DNA from: Mobula hypostoma
Lineage: Eukaryota
Assembly: GCF_963921235.1 (NCBI RefSeq)
Contig: NC_086097.1
Span: forward strand, 168,828,001-168,892,000
Direction of reading: 5' to 3'
DNA length: 64,000 nt
Shown here: positions 25,542-38,065 of the stretch, piece by piece
Numbering within the stretch: position 1 is the stretch's first letter
How the letters are laid out: the number at the start of each line of letters is the position of its first letter
Program-made: the position numbers and the translations under genes
The notes under the pieces: model-generated
What the model was told of the DNA's origin: nothing
Database searches by the model: none
What the model saw: only the letters and a program-made list of their open reading frames with translations

Positions 25542-28500
25542 CAGGCTTCCCCTGCCATCCGAAGGTAGAGTGTTCCTATGTAACAGTTTGTAAGCCAGAA
25601 TGTCGTAAAGCGAAGAAGCAATTACCATTTATTTATATGGGAAAAATTTGTGAGCATTCGCAAACCCAAAAATAACCTACCAAATCATGCCAAATAACAC
25701 ATAAAACCTAAAATAACAGTAACATATAGTAAAAGCAGGAATGATATGATAAATTCACAGCCTATATAAAGTAGAAATATTTCTCTACAATCATTGCTGC
25801 ACTGTTCTGCGTAGCGAAAATCTCACGCAAGTGCTCTCGGCAGAAACACTCTCTCCGGTAACCTTTAAGCTATGAAGCTGCCAAATCATACCAAATAACG
25901 CATAAAAATACACAGCCTATATAAAGTAGAAATAATGTATGTACAGTGTAGTATCACTTACTGGAATCAGGAAGACAGCGCCGAGCACACTGATGATGGT
26001 GTGTTAGGCTGAGTCGTCGGAGGTTGGGGTAGTGCAGTGGCCCCCACCCTCCAGGCCGCCGACCGATACCAATCCGCGAAGCATGCAGGGGTACAGCAGT
26101 AGCCAGGACGCACCCAACACATCTTTAAGAAAAAAGCCGAAATAAACAAGCTAATTAATTAGGTGCCGCCTGGCACGTAAATGTCGGCCCAGATATATCG
26201 GTCCGCGGCCTGGTGATTGGGGTGGTGGGACACTGGGGTGTCATCTCTTCAATCAGGGCAGGCAGGTCAAATTCTTCTATGTCTGCCTGCCTCAATGTCA
26301 AGGGTCAAGGTTCGTCGTCTGCTGTGGCTGATGTGGAAGGCTTGCTTGACTGCTTAGCCTCGCGCATTTTTCTATCATACAGTTCTTTGTAAGCACTCAA
26401 ACCATCTTGCAAATATGCCCTAAACCGACGTACCCTTTCAAAATTAAAGTCGTACTTTATCATTGCAGCAAAAATCTCACGCAGTTGCTTCACATTCAGT
26501 TCCTGGACGACTTCACTTTCGGTGCGTTCGCTACTGCATTCGGTTTCGATTGTTATCCTTTCCTCTTCCAATTGCATCAGCTCTTCATCTATCAGTTCTT
26601 GGTCATGGGATGCCAAAACCTTTTCAACATCAGCTTAGTAAACTTCCACAAGCCAAACTCACTTTGTCCTTACTTCATAGAATTTCATAGAATAGTACAG
26701 CACAGTACAGGCCCTTCGGCCCACAATGTTGTGCCGACCCTCAAACCCTGCCTCCCATATAACCCCCCCACCTTAAATTCCTCCATATACCTGTCTAGTA
26801 CTCTCTTCAACTTCACGAGTGTATCTGCCTCCACCACTGATTCAGGTAGTGCACTCCACGCACCAACCAGTCTCTGAGTAAAAAACCTTCCTCTGATATC
26901 CCCCTTGAACTTTCCACCCCTTACCTTAAATCCATGTCCTCTTGTATTGAGCAGTGGTGCCCTGGGGAAGAAGTGCTGGCTATCCACTCTATCTATTCCT
27001 CTTATTATCTTGTACACCTGTATCATGTCTCCTCTGATCCTCCTTCTCTCCAAAGAGTAAAGCCCTGGCTCCCTTAATCTCTGATCATAATGCATACTCT
27101 CTAAACCAGGCAGCATCCTGGTAAATCTCCTCTGTACCCTTTCCAATGCTTCCACATCCTTCCTATAGTGAGGCGACTAGTACTGGACACAGTACTCCAA
27201 GTGTGGCCTAACCAGAGTTTTATAGAGCTGCACCATTACATCGCGACTCTTAAACTCTATCCCTTGACTTATGAAAGCTAACACCCCATGAGGTTTCTTA
27301 ACTACCCTATCCACCTGTGAGGCAACTTTCAGGGATCTGTGGACATGTACCCCGAGATCCCTCTGCTCCTCCACACTACCAAGTATCCTGCCATTTACTT
27401 TGTACTCTGCCTTGGGGTTTGTCCTTCCAAAGTACCACCTCAGACTTCTCCAGGTTGAACTCCATCTGCCACTTCTCAGCCCACTTCTGCATCCCATCAA
27501 TGTCTCTCTGCAATCTTTGACAATCCCCTACACTATCTACAACACCACTAACCTTTGTGTTGTCTGCAAACTTGCCAACCCACCCTTCTATCCCCACACC
27601 CAGTTCCTTAATAAAAATCACGAAAAGTAGAGATCCTTGTGGGACACCACTAGTCACAATCCTCCAATCCGAATGCAGTCCCTCCACCACGACCCTCTGC
27701 CTTCTACAGGCAAGCCAATTCTGAATCCACCTGGCCAAACTTCCCTGGATCCCATGCCTTCTGACTTTCTGAATAAACCTACCGTGTGGAACCTTGTCAA
27801 ATGCCTTACTAAAATCCATATGGATCACTTCCACTGCACTACCCTCATCTATGTGCCTGGTCACCTCCTCAAAGAACTCTATCAGGCTTGTTAGACACGA
27901 TCTGCCCTTCACGAAGCCATGCTGACTGTCCCTGATCAGACCATGATTCTCTAAATACCCATAGATCCTATCTCTAAGAATCTTTTCCAACAGCTTTCCC
28001 ACCACAGACGTAAGGCTCATGGTCTATAATTACCTGGACTATCCCTACTACGTTTTTTGAACAAGGGGACAACATTTGCCTCCCGCTAATCCTCCGGTAC
28101 CATTCCCGTGGACAACGGGGACATAAAGATCCTAGCCAGAGGCTCAGCAATCTCTTCCCTTGTCTCGTGGAGCAGCCTGGGGAATATTCTGTCAGGCCCC
28201 AGGGACTTATCTGTCCTAATGTATTTTAACAACTCCAACACCTCCTCTCCCTTAATATCAACATGCTCCAGAACATCAACCTCACTCATATTGTCTTCAT
28301 CGTCATCAAGTTCCCTCTCATTGGTGAATACCGAAGAGATGTATTCATTGAGGACCTCGTTCATTTCCACAGCCTCCAGGCACATCTTCCCACCTTTATC
28401 TTCTTTCACCACGATCGAAACTCTTAATTATGTCTAGTTTTACACTAAGTGTAACACCCTTACGAGCTTTTCAGGCTTTTCCGATACCTTAGAACTCACC

Positions 28501-28699
28501 TTGCTAACGGCTGCTCACAGGCACATGTTTAAGCAATGCTGGCGAGAATGCAGTTCCGAATCCGTGAGTGGCTGCTCGGGGCGCACGCTGATTTTTTTCG
28601 TAACAGTGAAAACACCTTCTGTTAGCGAAAACAGGTAACTAATGTAGGTCTTTCGTAACAGTTTCATAAAGCGAACGTTCGAAAAGCGAGGGACACCTG
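25542..28699 (-). mobile_element. Non-autonomous Tc1/mariner-superfamily (Tigger/pogo-like) element, copy 1
   Basis: TA duplication on both sides; CAGG…CCTG termini; host CR1 rejoins as caatcaata|ttagg (compare 54161); acidic transposase C-terminal remnant SHDQELIDEELMQLEEE…YKELYDRK. Confidence 0.85.
26677..28399 (-). mobile_element. 5'-truncated CR1 nested in Tigger-like copy 1
   Basis: RT ORFs 26685-28400; absent from Tigger-like copy 2 at the homologous position (~41900). Confidence 0.9.
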
Positions 28700-30501
28700 T
28701 ATTAGGAAAGTTAAAGTCACCCATGATAACAACCCTGTTATTTTTTCACCTTTCCAAAATCTGCCTCCAATCTGCTCCTCTGTATCTCTGCTGCTACCGG
28801 GGGGGGGGCCTATAGAATACCCCCAATAGAGTAACTGCTCCCTTCCTGTTCCTGACTTCCACCCATACTGACTCAAAAGAGGATCCTGCTACATTACCCA
28901 CCCTTTCTGTAGCTGTAATACTATCCCTGACCAGTAATGCCACCCCTCCTCCCCTTCCCCCCCCCCATTCCTTTTAAAGCACTGAAATCCAGGAATATTG
29001 AAAATCCATTCCTGCCCTGGTGCCAGCCAAGTCTCTGTAATGGCCACTACATCATAATTCCATGTATGTATCCAAGCTCTCAGTTCATCACCTTTGTTCC
29101 TGATGCTTCTTGCATTGAGGTACACACACTTTAGCCCTTCTACCTTACTACCTTTACACCCTTTATTCTGCTTCTCTTTCCTCAAAGCCTCTCTATATGT
29201 TAGATCTGGCTTTACTCCATGCACTTCTTTCACTGCTCTATTGCTCCAGGTCCCATCCACCTTACAAATTAGTTTAAACCCTCCCAAACTATGCTAGCAA
29301 ACCTACCTCCAAGGATATTGCTCCCCTTCGAGTTCAGGTGCAACCCATCCAATCTGTACAGGTCCCACCTTCCCCAGAAGAGATCCCAATGATCCAAAAA
29401 TCTAAAACCCTGCCCCTGCACCAACTCCTCAGCCACACATTCAACTGCTATCTCCTCCAATTCTTACCATCATTGTCACTTAGCACTGGCAGCAATCCTG
29501 AGAATGCCACCCTTGAGGTCCTGTTCTTCAGCCTTCTGCCTAGTTCCCGAAACTCACACTTCAGGACCTCATCCTTCTTCCTGCCTGTGTCGTTGGTCCC
29601 AACATGCATCACGACTTCTGGTTGCTTTCCCTCGAGCCAGGATGTCATGCACCCGGTCAGAGATATCCCGGACCCTGGCACCCGGGAGGCAACAAACCAT
29701 GCGGGTGTCCTTCTCACGTCCACAAAATCTCCTGTCTGCTCCCTGACTATAGAACCTACAATGATGACAGCTCTCCTCTTCTCCGTCCCACCCTTCTGCA
29801 CCACAGAGTCAGACTTAGTGCCAGAGGCCCTGCCACCGTGGCTCACACCTAGTCGGTCGTTTGGTGGGGCCGGAGGTTGTCTTCCCTGGACTTACGCAGA
29901 CAAGGAAACCAGAGTGTTTCACAAGGAACCTTTGATGGCTCTGGGTCTGTACTTGCTGGAATTTAGAAGTATGAGGGGGGAATCTCATTGAAACCTTTCA
30001 AATGTTGAAAGACCTAGATAGAGTAGATGTGGAAAGGATGTTTCCCATGGTGAGGAAGTCTAGAACAAGAGGGAAGAGCCTCAGGATAGAGGGGTGTCCA
30101 TTTATAACAGATGCAGAGAAATTTCCTTAGCCAGAGGGTGGTGAATTTGTGGAACTTATTACCACAGACAGCCGTGAAGGTCAGGTCACTGGGTGTATTT
30201 AAGGTAGAGCTTGATAGTTTCTTGATTGGAAATGGCATGGAAGGTTACCGGGAGAAGGCTGGGGAGTGGGTTGAGGAGGGGAAAAAGGGATCAGCCATGA
30301 TTGAATGGCGGAGCAGACTCGTTGAGCCAAATGGCCTAATTCTGCTCCTATGTCTTATGGTCTGATATTTCATGATGACTGTAATATTGTCTGCTTTATA
30401 GCGAGGAGGAGGGTTGAATAGTTAGAATTTATTTCTAAGGCAGTAATGTTTTATAATTTGTACTTTTAACCATCTTTAATTAACATTGTTTTATGTTGCA
30501 G

Positions 30502-30673
30502 CCAGTTGTTTCTGTCGGCAATGTTGGCCAGTTAGCAGTAGATCTGATAATATCTACACTCAACCTGCCACGGGTTGGTTATATTCATACTGATTGCCTT
30601 GTTCCAGTGGTGGGAAACAATCCATATGCAACAACAATGGAAAATTCCTCAGAAATGTGCACCAGCTCTGAGG
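30502..30673 (+). CDS. PSMG2: PSMG2 exon 2
   Basis: ttgcag acceptor; PVVSVGNVGQLAVDLIISTLNLPRVGYIHTDCLVPVVGNNPYATTMENSSEMCTSSE; GTAAGT donor; 172 nt; PAC2-family signature SVGNVGQLA.DL. Confidence 0.96.
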
Positions 30674-31989
30674 GTAAGTGGCATCACTTTCTGCATTAAA
30701 AAAAAAGCAAGGAAGAGTATCTCCAGGAAACTTATGAATGAAAATTTTGAGTAATGTTTCTTTGGAAACAGGAAGTCCCAGATGATGGTGATGTTTCTAA
30801 ATTATCAAAGGGAAAATCAACATTTGGGCAAATTATTCACTGTGTCTTCTGCCCTTGCAGTGCGTATGTACAAAGCTATGTAGCGAGTTAAATGCCTTCT
30901 CAAAAATCACCCAAGACAGAAGCTTTCTTCAAGGTTTTTAATGAGATCTTACTTGGGAAATTGCAGAAAGTTAAGTACAGTATTGTTGCACGGCTGTATA
31001 TACTAATACTGTTGATTATTTCACGGTCGGTTTCAACCAAGGCAATACACATACACAGTACTCCATAACTATGCTGTGTAAATAAAAGTAAACTCGTGCA
31101 CAACTATTTATTAGTAACAGTAAACGTAATACTTCCTTCAAAATATATCTACTAAATATTTGCCAATATTAACAAAAACTTAAAGAATCACAGATGTTGT
31201 TGGAGTTTAGATGAGGTGTTAAAATGAGCCCTGGCTTCTCTTTTGGATTGATATAATGGTCTAGTGTCATCCTCTATCAAAGGCTCATGGTCACTTTTCT
31301 ATCTATCATTCCTCAACCAATGTCACTAAAATAGATTAATCATTTGTGTTAATGCTGGTTTTAGGACTAAAATGGTACACAGCATTGCATGCATCTAAAC
31401 CAACAATGATTAGACCAGAAGAATTTAATGGACAGTTAGCAAGTGTTGATGAAAACAAGGAGAAGTTGCGGGTGTTGGTGAATGATCTGTAAGTAATGAA
31501 CTGGGATTGAGGTCCATTTAGGCTGAAGGACCTGTTACTGTGCTGAATGACTCTAAAAGTTCAGTGTCAGGTAGTGTGAGGTCATCTTTTGCTTCATTGG
31601 TTCTTATTGGTTGAATGTGAGGATCAGAATATTTCTCAATGGCAAGAAATATGGAACCAAAGAGAAGCAGAGATTTACGGACTTGTATAGAAGTCACTTA
31701 AAAATTCTATGGGAGTTGTAGAAAGCTCTGTAAAGCCCACGTCTAGAGTTTTTATTCTGGGCACATTTTCTTAGAGGATATTTGGTACGGAAACCTTTGA
31801 TGTTACTGCATGCAAGTTTTGCACTGTATCTGTACCTCACTGTATTTGTGCACATGATAATAAACTCGACAGGAATGATACTGATGATACTTGATTCTTG
31901 AATGTTATCTATTTATAAAGAAGAATAATCAGGTATCAACTTCATTTGGGAATGAATTCCTGACGAATATTGAAAAGCCTAGATGGAGT

Positions 31990-32312
31990 GGATTTTTCAG
32001 TAGAGGGAGGGTCTATGATCATAGGACAAACCTCAAAATAGAATCTAGATCAGAGATGAGGAGGAATTCCTTTAGCCAGAGGGAGGTGAATCTGTGGAAT
32101 TCATTGCCACAGATAGCTGTGGAGGCTAAGACATTGGATGTATTTAAAATAAAGGTTGATTGATTCCTGATTAGTAAGGGTGTCAAACGTTACAGGGAGA
32201 AAGCAGGAGAATGGGGTGGAGAGGGAAAATAAGTCAGCCACGATCCAGTGGTGGAGCAGACATGATGGGCCAAATGGCCTACTTCTGCTCCTAGATCTTC
32301 TAGTCTTATGAC
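31990..32312 (+). mobile_element. CR1 3' fragment
   Basis: FSQREVNLWNSLP…VEA plus a 3' UTR like that at 17590-17675. Confidence 0.7.
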
Positions 32313-32384
32313 TAAACTGAAAATAGGTTGTCAAGATCGGGGAAGTATAAGCAGCTAAAATGTAATCTAATTGAATTTTGGATG

Positions 32385-33046
32385 ATTAGATTAGATTAGA
32401 TTATGAGGACACGCAGTCCTCTTTTATTGTCATTTAGTAATGCATGCATTAAGAAATGATACAATGTTCCTCCAGAATGATATCACAGAAACACAAGACA
32501 AACCAAGACTGCAAAACTGACAAAAACCACATAATTATAACATATAGTTACAACAGTACAAAGCAATACTGTAATTTGTTGAAGAACAGACCATGGGCAC
32601 GGTAAAAAAAAGTCTTGAAGTCTCTCGAAAGTCCCATCATCTCACGCAGACGGTAGAAGGAAGAAAAACTCTCCCTGCCATGAGCTTCCAGCACTGCAAA
32701 CTTGCCGATGCAGCACCCTGGAAGCACCCGACCACAGCCAACTCTTGAGTCTGTCCGAAAACTTCGAGCCTCTGATACCAAGCACCATTTCTGCCGAGCG
32801 CTTTGACCCCAGCCCTGGCAATAGGCAAAGCTGAGGATTTGGGGCCTTCCCCTCCGGAGATTCTCGATCGCACAGTAGCAGTGGCAGCGAAGCAGGCACT
32901 TCAGAAGTTTCTCCAGATGTTCCTCCGTGCTTCTCACGTCTGTCTCCATCAAATCAGGATTGTGCACGGTACCTACTTACAAATACGGTATCATTTCGGA
33001 GCGGCCGCGCGCGCTGCATTGCGCCGCCAACTTCTCTTCCCCTCCT
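32385..33046 (-). mobile_element. Non-coding retroposon-like element with (TAATC)n tail
   Basis: attagattagattagatt tail at the left end, CpG-rich 5' end at the right end, no coding motif; family not identified. Confidence 0.45.
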
Positions 33047-33705
33047 GGGCAATAGGTTAGAGAAAAGGTTAAAGTAGGCAATAGGTTAGGGAAAAACTCT
33101 TTCCTCTGGTAAGGGAAATCCAGAGCAAGTGGACATAACCATAAACTGTGAACATGTGATTCATAGGTAAAGACAGCAGGCTGCTTCACATAGGATTTTA
33201 TTTTTTCTCTCTGCTTATAGAATAGTACAGAAGAAGGCCATTCAGCCCATGCTGTTCATGCCATGTTTAATTGAGGCTAGTTAATTTAGGAATTTCAGGG
33301 CTGAGCTTGAGATGTTTGTTAGATAATGGCTAATGTATACTATTAGACATGTTCTAACTAGCTGGTGAAGTGGTTAGATGAGCAGCTCCTGTTTCTAAGA
33401 CGTGCGTAAATGCATGTTTTTCTTCCACACTCTCTTTGTGTGGTATTCATTAACATTTTCTTTTGTATGACTTTCAAAGATGTTCATTAGAACTACAGTT
33501 GTTTTGTAGCTATAATTACATGCAGCTAAAATGTAGTATCTTATTCTTACTTGTAGAGACCAGTCTGTGATATTTATTTTTTGGACACAAATGCAAGTTC
33601 ATTTCTTTTGAGGATATATAATGAAACTCTTATAATTGCAAAATCTCACTGGGGAACTTGTTACCTTCTTGTGTTTAATGTGTTGATTTTTCTCTATAAT
33701 TACAG

Positions 33706-33764
33706 TTTATGCTTCAGGAGAGCAGAAGTTGGCGGTCCTCCAGATTCGGTCACCAATTGTTCGG
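33706..33764 (+). CDS. PSMG2: PSMG2 exon 3
   Basis: tacag acceptor; (V)YASGEQKLAVLQIRSPIVR; GTACTA donor; 59 nt; phases fit exons 2 and 4. Confidence 0.9.
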
Positions 33765-34405
33765 GTACTACAGCTACAAATTGAGATTTGTTTCTATCTT
33801 TCGTGAATTAGATCTATTTAAATTTAAGTGCTTTCCACCAAATATGGCATGGGGCTATGGGATGACTTAATTCAACAAAAATTAGCTTTGATTTGGAAAA
33901 TATGAGGGATACATACCCTCTGCAAGAAGTAATTTCCTACATCTCTCTGTTTTAAATGATTTCCTCTTATATTAAAGTTATATCCCCTGTTTAAGATATT
34001 CTTGTTACTGGAAACATCTCAACATTTACCTTGTTTTCCCTTTTTATGACCTTGTATTGATCATATCCAAAAATACAGATCTAATTTAACTGCTCATGAT
34101 AGGACATCCCTATTATTCTAAGAATGAGCTTAGCAATTTTTTTGGACTGCTTCCAACAGTAGTAAATCCTTTTTAAATAAGGGGACCAATACAGTTTTTA
34201 TACTCTTAAGAGTGGTCTCACCAACACCCTCTACAATTGTTACAATACTTTTCCATTTCTAAACTCTAACCCTTTCGCAATAAAGACTAAAATACTATTT
34301 GCCTTCCTGGGAACTTGCTACACCTGTCTGCTATTTTTTTGTAATTCATGCATAGAACGCATAGATCGCTCTGTACTTCGCTCATTTCCAGTCCCTCTCC
34401 ATGTA

Positions 34406-34880
34406 CGGTACTGTGCAAAAGCCATAGGCGCATATATCTAGCTAGGGTGCCTAAGACTTTTGCACAGTACTGTAGTAATTTTATGTTTTGCACTGTACTG
34501 CTGCCGCAAAAAAAAACAAATTCCATGACGTGTGAGTGATGATATATCAATTGGATTCTGATCTAGGTCTCATTTGTGGACTAAGAGTGGAAAGAGGGCA
34601 GGGAGAGGGGAACCATAGTTGGGAAGAGGGGGAGGGAGTGGAAGCATCAGAGAGACATTCTATAGTGATTAATAAATCAATTGTTTGGAATCAAATTGCC
34701 TTGCCTGATGTCTCAGGGTTGGGTGTGTCTGTACCTGCGCTACTTCTTGCCCTGGCACTCCTTCTCTTCTACCTGTCCCACACCTCTCATGTGGCGTACC
34801 ACATTGACAAATCAAGTACTGTGCAAGAGTCTTAGGCACCCTAGCTGTATTTATGTGCCTAAGACTTTTGCACAGTATAG
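34406..34880. mobile_element. Composite Tc1-like non-autonomous element with palindromic ~67-bp ends
   Basis: Two gtactgtgcaa.ag…cttttgcacagta hairpins (34406-34472 and ~34814-34880) in inverted orientation; TA on both flanks; sits in an old minus-strand CR1 (~33900-35150). Confidence 0.65.
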
Positions 34881-36158
34881 TATATAATGGTCTTTCTTCT
34901 GATTACTCCATCAGATCGTATGACCTCAAGCTTTCCCACATTAAACTCCTTTTGCCAAGTGCTCTCATGCTCCTCAATTTTACCTATGGCCAGTTGCAGA
35001 TCCAACTGTTCCAACGTTTTTGGAGGCCCATTGGCAAAACTGAAAACCTTGTGTTCCACTCCCTCCTTCAGATCACTAATGTAAAGAACAAATAATTGAG
35101 GTCCAAGATTGATCCTTGGAGCACTCTACTAGTTGCACCATTCTGGCCTGAGAAAGATATATTTATTTTGTAAAAGAGTTTGATGGAATTCATTTACTGG
35201 GCTGCATGAAATCACTGGACCCAGAGAAATATACTTTTGACTTGCAGTTAGTGTAGTATAGATTCACTACTTTGATTCCAGAGATGATGGACTTGGCCCA
35301 TGAGATTAAGTTAAAGTTAGCCTCTTTTCATTTGAATTTAGTTAGTTTTGTTGAGACAGGTTTCTGAGAAGGAATAACAGGGTCAGACAGAGAGTCTAAA
35401 GCCAGGGCATGTAATCTCAGGACTGGAGTCTAGTCATTTAGGACTGAGAAAAATTAATTTCTTTATGAGGGGTTGTAAATCTAGGCATTCTGTACCTTAG
35501 GGATATGGATGCTCCTATGTTGAGTACACTCAAAGCTGAAATTATAGAAATTGGACTCTAAGGCAATCACAGCACGTGGAATCCGTTGGAGAAATGGATC
35601 AGGTACAGAGCTGACCAGAAATTGCTGAATGGTGGATCAGGCTTGAGCAGCTGCATAGTCTACTCCAGCCTTTCCATATGGTCTTGAAATGTTATGGTGC
35701 CGGGAGAGCTGTACGATGAACACTCTATCTGCAGTTTGTCCAATGAGTAAGAACGTTTTTAATTCTGTAGTCATATTTTCCAGTCACGTTTTATTTATAC
35801 AGCAGGTTTGTATTTTAACATGAGCAGATTTCAGAATGCTGGGAGAAATCCTGCATTCCACTGCTCTGTTGCTTGACCATTTCTGGATCATGCCTATTTA
35901 GGTTTTGGAAAAATTTGTACAGATAGAATTCACTGTTGTTCTGGATTCCACAGGGCAGAAATGCAGGGCAAATTGGAATCTTGCACAAGCAACTTGGGGA
36001 ATCTTGCACAAGCAACTTGCTGTTTTCTCATTATTTGCTGACTGCCTTTCATTGGAAGTTGATCGGGAAGGCTAATTTAGAGAATAAATTCCAGTGTAGA
36101 TCTCATGAGTCAGCTGACCTGTTCTCTTAAAATTTGGTGTTCCTTTTACTTTTTATAG

Positions 36159-36277
36159 GGAAAACAACGCACGTTTCGACAGCAGCTCCTTTCCTGGATT
36201 AAAGAAAGTGAATTCAGTAGGGTTATACTCTTGTCCAGCAGCTATGCACATCACCGTGTTGACCAGCAGCTCATTGG
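36159..36277 (+). CDS. PSMG2: PSMG2 exon 4
   Basis: tttatag acceptor; GKQRTFRQQLLSWIKESEFSRVILLSSSYAHHRVDQQLI(G); GTAAGT donor; 119 nt. Confidence 0.93.
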
Positions 36278-36689
36278 GTAAGTTTAGCCTCATACACTAT
36301 GCTAGCATTCTCAAGAGCCAAATGTCTTCAGGCATTCAGGTTGTAGGTACTGAGCCATGGAGCTCAGCGTTAATCGAAGCAAAGACTTCGCCACCTTTAT
36401 TACATTTGCCTCAGATCCTGAAGTAGAAGGGGAAAATAAATCAGCAGCTGACACTTACCCAAACTCCAAGGTGCTTCTGAGGTTCTGGACTGGAAACTGA
36501 ATGGAAAAGACAACTGTGGAACGACTCCTTAAATTTTAAGCTATTGTCTTGCTTGACTTGCTCTTGGAGATCATTTTTAACCCAGAGGGCTAAATTGACA
36601 ATACTCAATACCTGTTTTTGTATAATTTCTAATTTCTTTTCATTGATAAACAAGGTCTTTGTAAGTGGGGTACAAAATATACATTAGGA

Positions 36690-38050
36690 TCCAGAAGCCA
36701 TAGGAGCAGAATTAGGCCACTCGGCCCATCAAGTCTGCTCCACCATTCCATCAGAGCTGATCTATTCTCCCTCTCAACCCCATTCTCTTGCCTTCTCCCT
36801 GTGACCTTTGATGTTCTAATTAATCAAGAACCTATCAACCTCTGCTTTAAATATACCCAATGACTTGGCCTCCATAGCAATGAATTATACAGATTCACCA
36901 CCCTCTGGCTAGAGGAATTCCTTCTCATCTCTGTTCTAAATGGATATCCTTCTATTCTGAGGCTGTGCCCACTGTTTCTAGATACCCCTACTTTACTTTG
37001 CTTTCAAAGTAAAGCAAAAGTAAATTTTAAAATCAGAGTACATGCATGTTACCATATGCAACCCTGAGATTCATTTTCCTGCGAGCATACTCAGCCCGCA
37101 GGAAAATGAATAGTAACTATGACAGGATCAGTGAAAGATCAACCAAAGTTCAGAAGACAACAAACTGCAAATACAAACATAAATACTAAGGATGCTGTGC
37201 TGACGTTGGCCTACTTTATCATGTGCCTCTAAGTACCCTGAAGCCTCATCCTTAATAATCGACCCTGACGTAGAATGTAGAACATAGAAATCTACAGCAC
37301 ATTACAGGCCCTCCAGCCCACAATGTTGTACCGACCATGTTGTGCTATACAAATAACCAGCAAGCCCTCCCCCATTCATGTGATCACTTTGAGTACAGAA
37401 GCGGAGATATCAAATGCTCAAATATAAACCTTTTCACTTTGGAAATCTCTGGCCACTCTCCAAGGCCATCACATCTTTCCTTACATAGTAATATTGCTCA
37501 CAATAATCCAAATGCAGGCTCCACACAAAGCCACATCTTAGAATATAGAAGAGTACGGCATGGGAACAAGCCATTTGGCCCACAGTGTTGCACCAAACTA
37601 GCCAAAAAGCAAATCAAAAACACCCAAACATTAACCCCTCCTACCTGCACCATGTCCAAATCCCTCCAACTTTGTTACATGCATGTACCTATCCAAACAT
37701 CTCTGAAAATCTTGTAATGCATTTGCCTCTGCCTCCATACCAGACAGCGCATTCCAGGCATCTATGACTCCTGAGTAAAAATCTTATCCCTCACATCCTC
37801 CTTGCACCAACCCCCTTCACTTTCAGTGCATGCCCTCTCGTTTTAGACATTTTAACCCTGGGAAATTGATACTCTGTCCACTGTATCTATGCCTTTCATA
37901 ATCTTGTGAACCTCTATCAGATCTCCCCTTAGCTTCCGACTCTCCAGAGAAAACACCCCAAGTTTATCCAGAGTCTCGTGATAGCACATGCCCTCTAAAC
38001 CAGGCAGCATCCTGGTGAGCCTCTTCTGCACCCTCTCCAATGCCTCAACA
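36690..38050 (-). mobile_element. Cluster of CR1 3' fragments and LINE 3' UTR pieces
   Basis: Reverse-complement similarity to CR1 3' ends (36690-36985, 37540-38050; ALERVQKRLTRMLPGL). Confidence 0.7.
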
Positions 38051-38065
38051 TTCGGTACCCTGGAC

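Larger units (their letters stand above)
23143..29850 (-). mobile_element. Near full-length CR1 (esterase ORF1 ~29270-29850; ORF2 EN-RT) interrupted by a Tigger-like element
   Basis: RT ORF 23200-24477; EN motifs YLNARSIRNK and ITETW; VMHVGTND and DGLHLN in ORF1; 3' tail at 23143. Confidence 0.9.
22624..29923. mobile_element. Solo-LTR-like element (~0.6 kb), split by the CR1 at 23143-29850
   Basis: Starts tgtaataccctggt and ends accagagtgtttcaca (TG…CA with a short imperfect IR); host CR1 is continuous on both sides; no clear TSD. Confidence 0.45.
13340..30363 (+). mobile_element. Old host CR1 fragmented by nested insertions
   Basis: Colinear RT pieces at ~13340-13752, ~17676-17965, 19955-20198, 22373-22623 and 29924-30363 (3' tail tgtcttatggtct). 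Confidence 0.8.
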
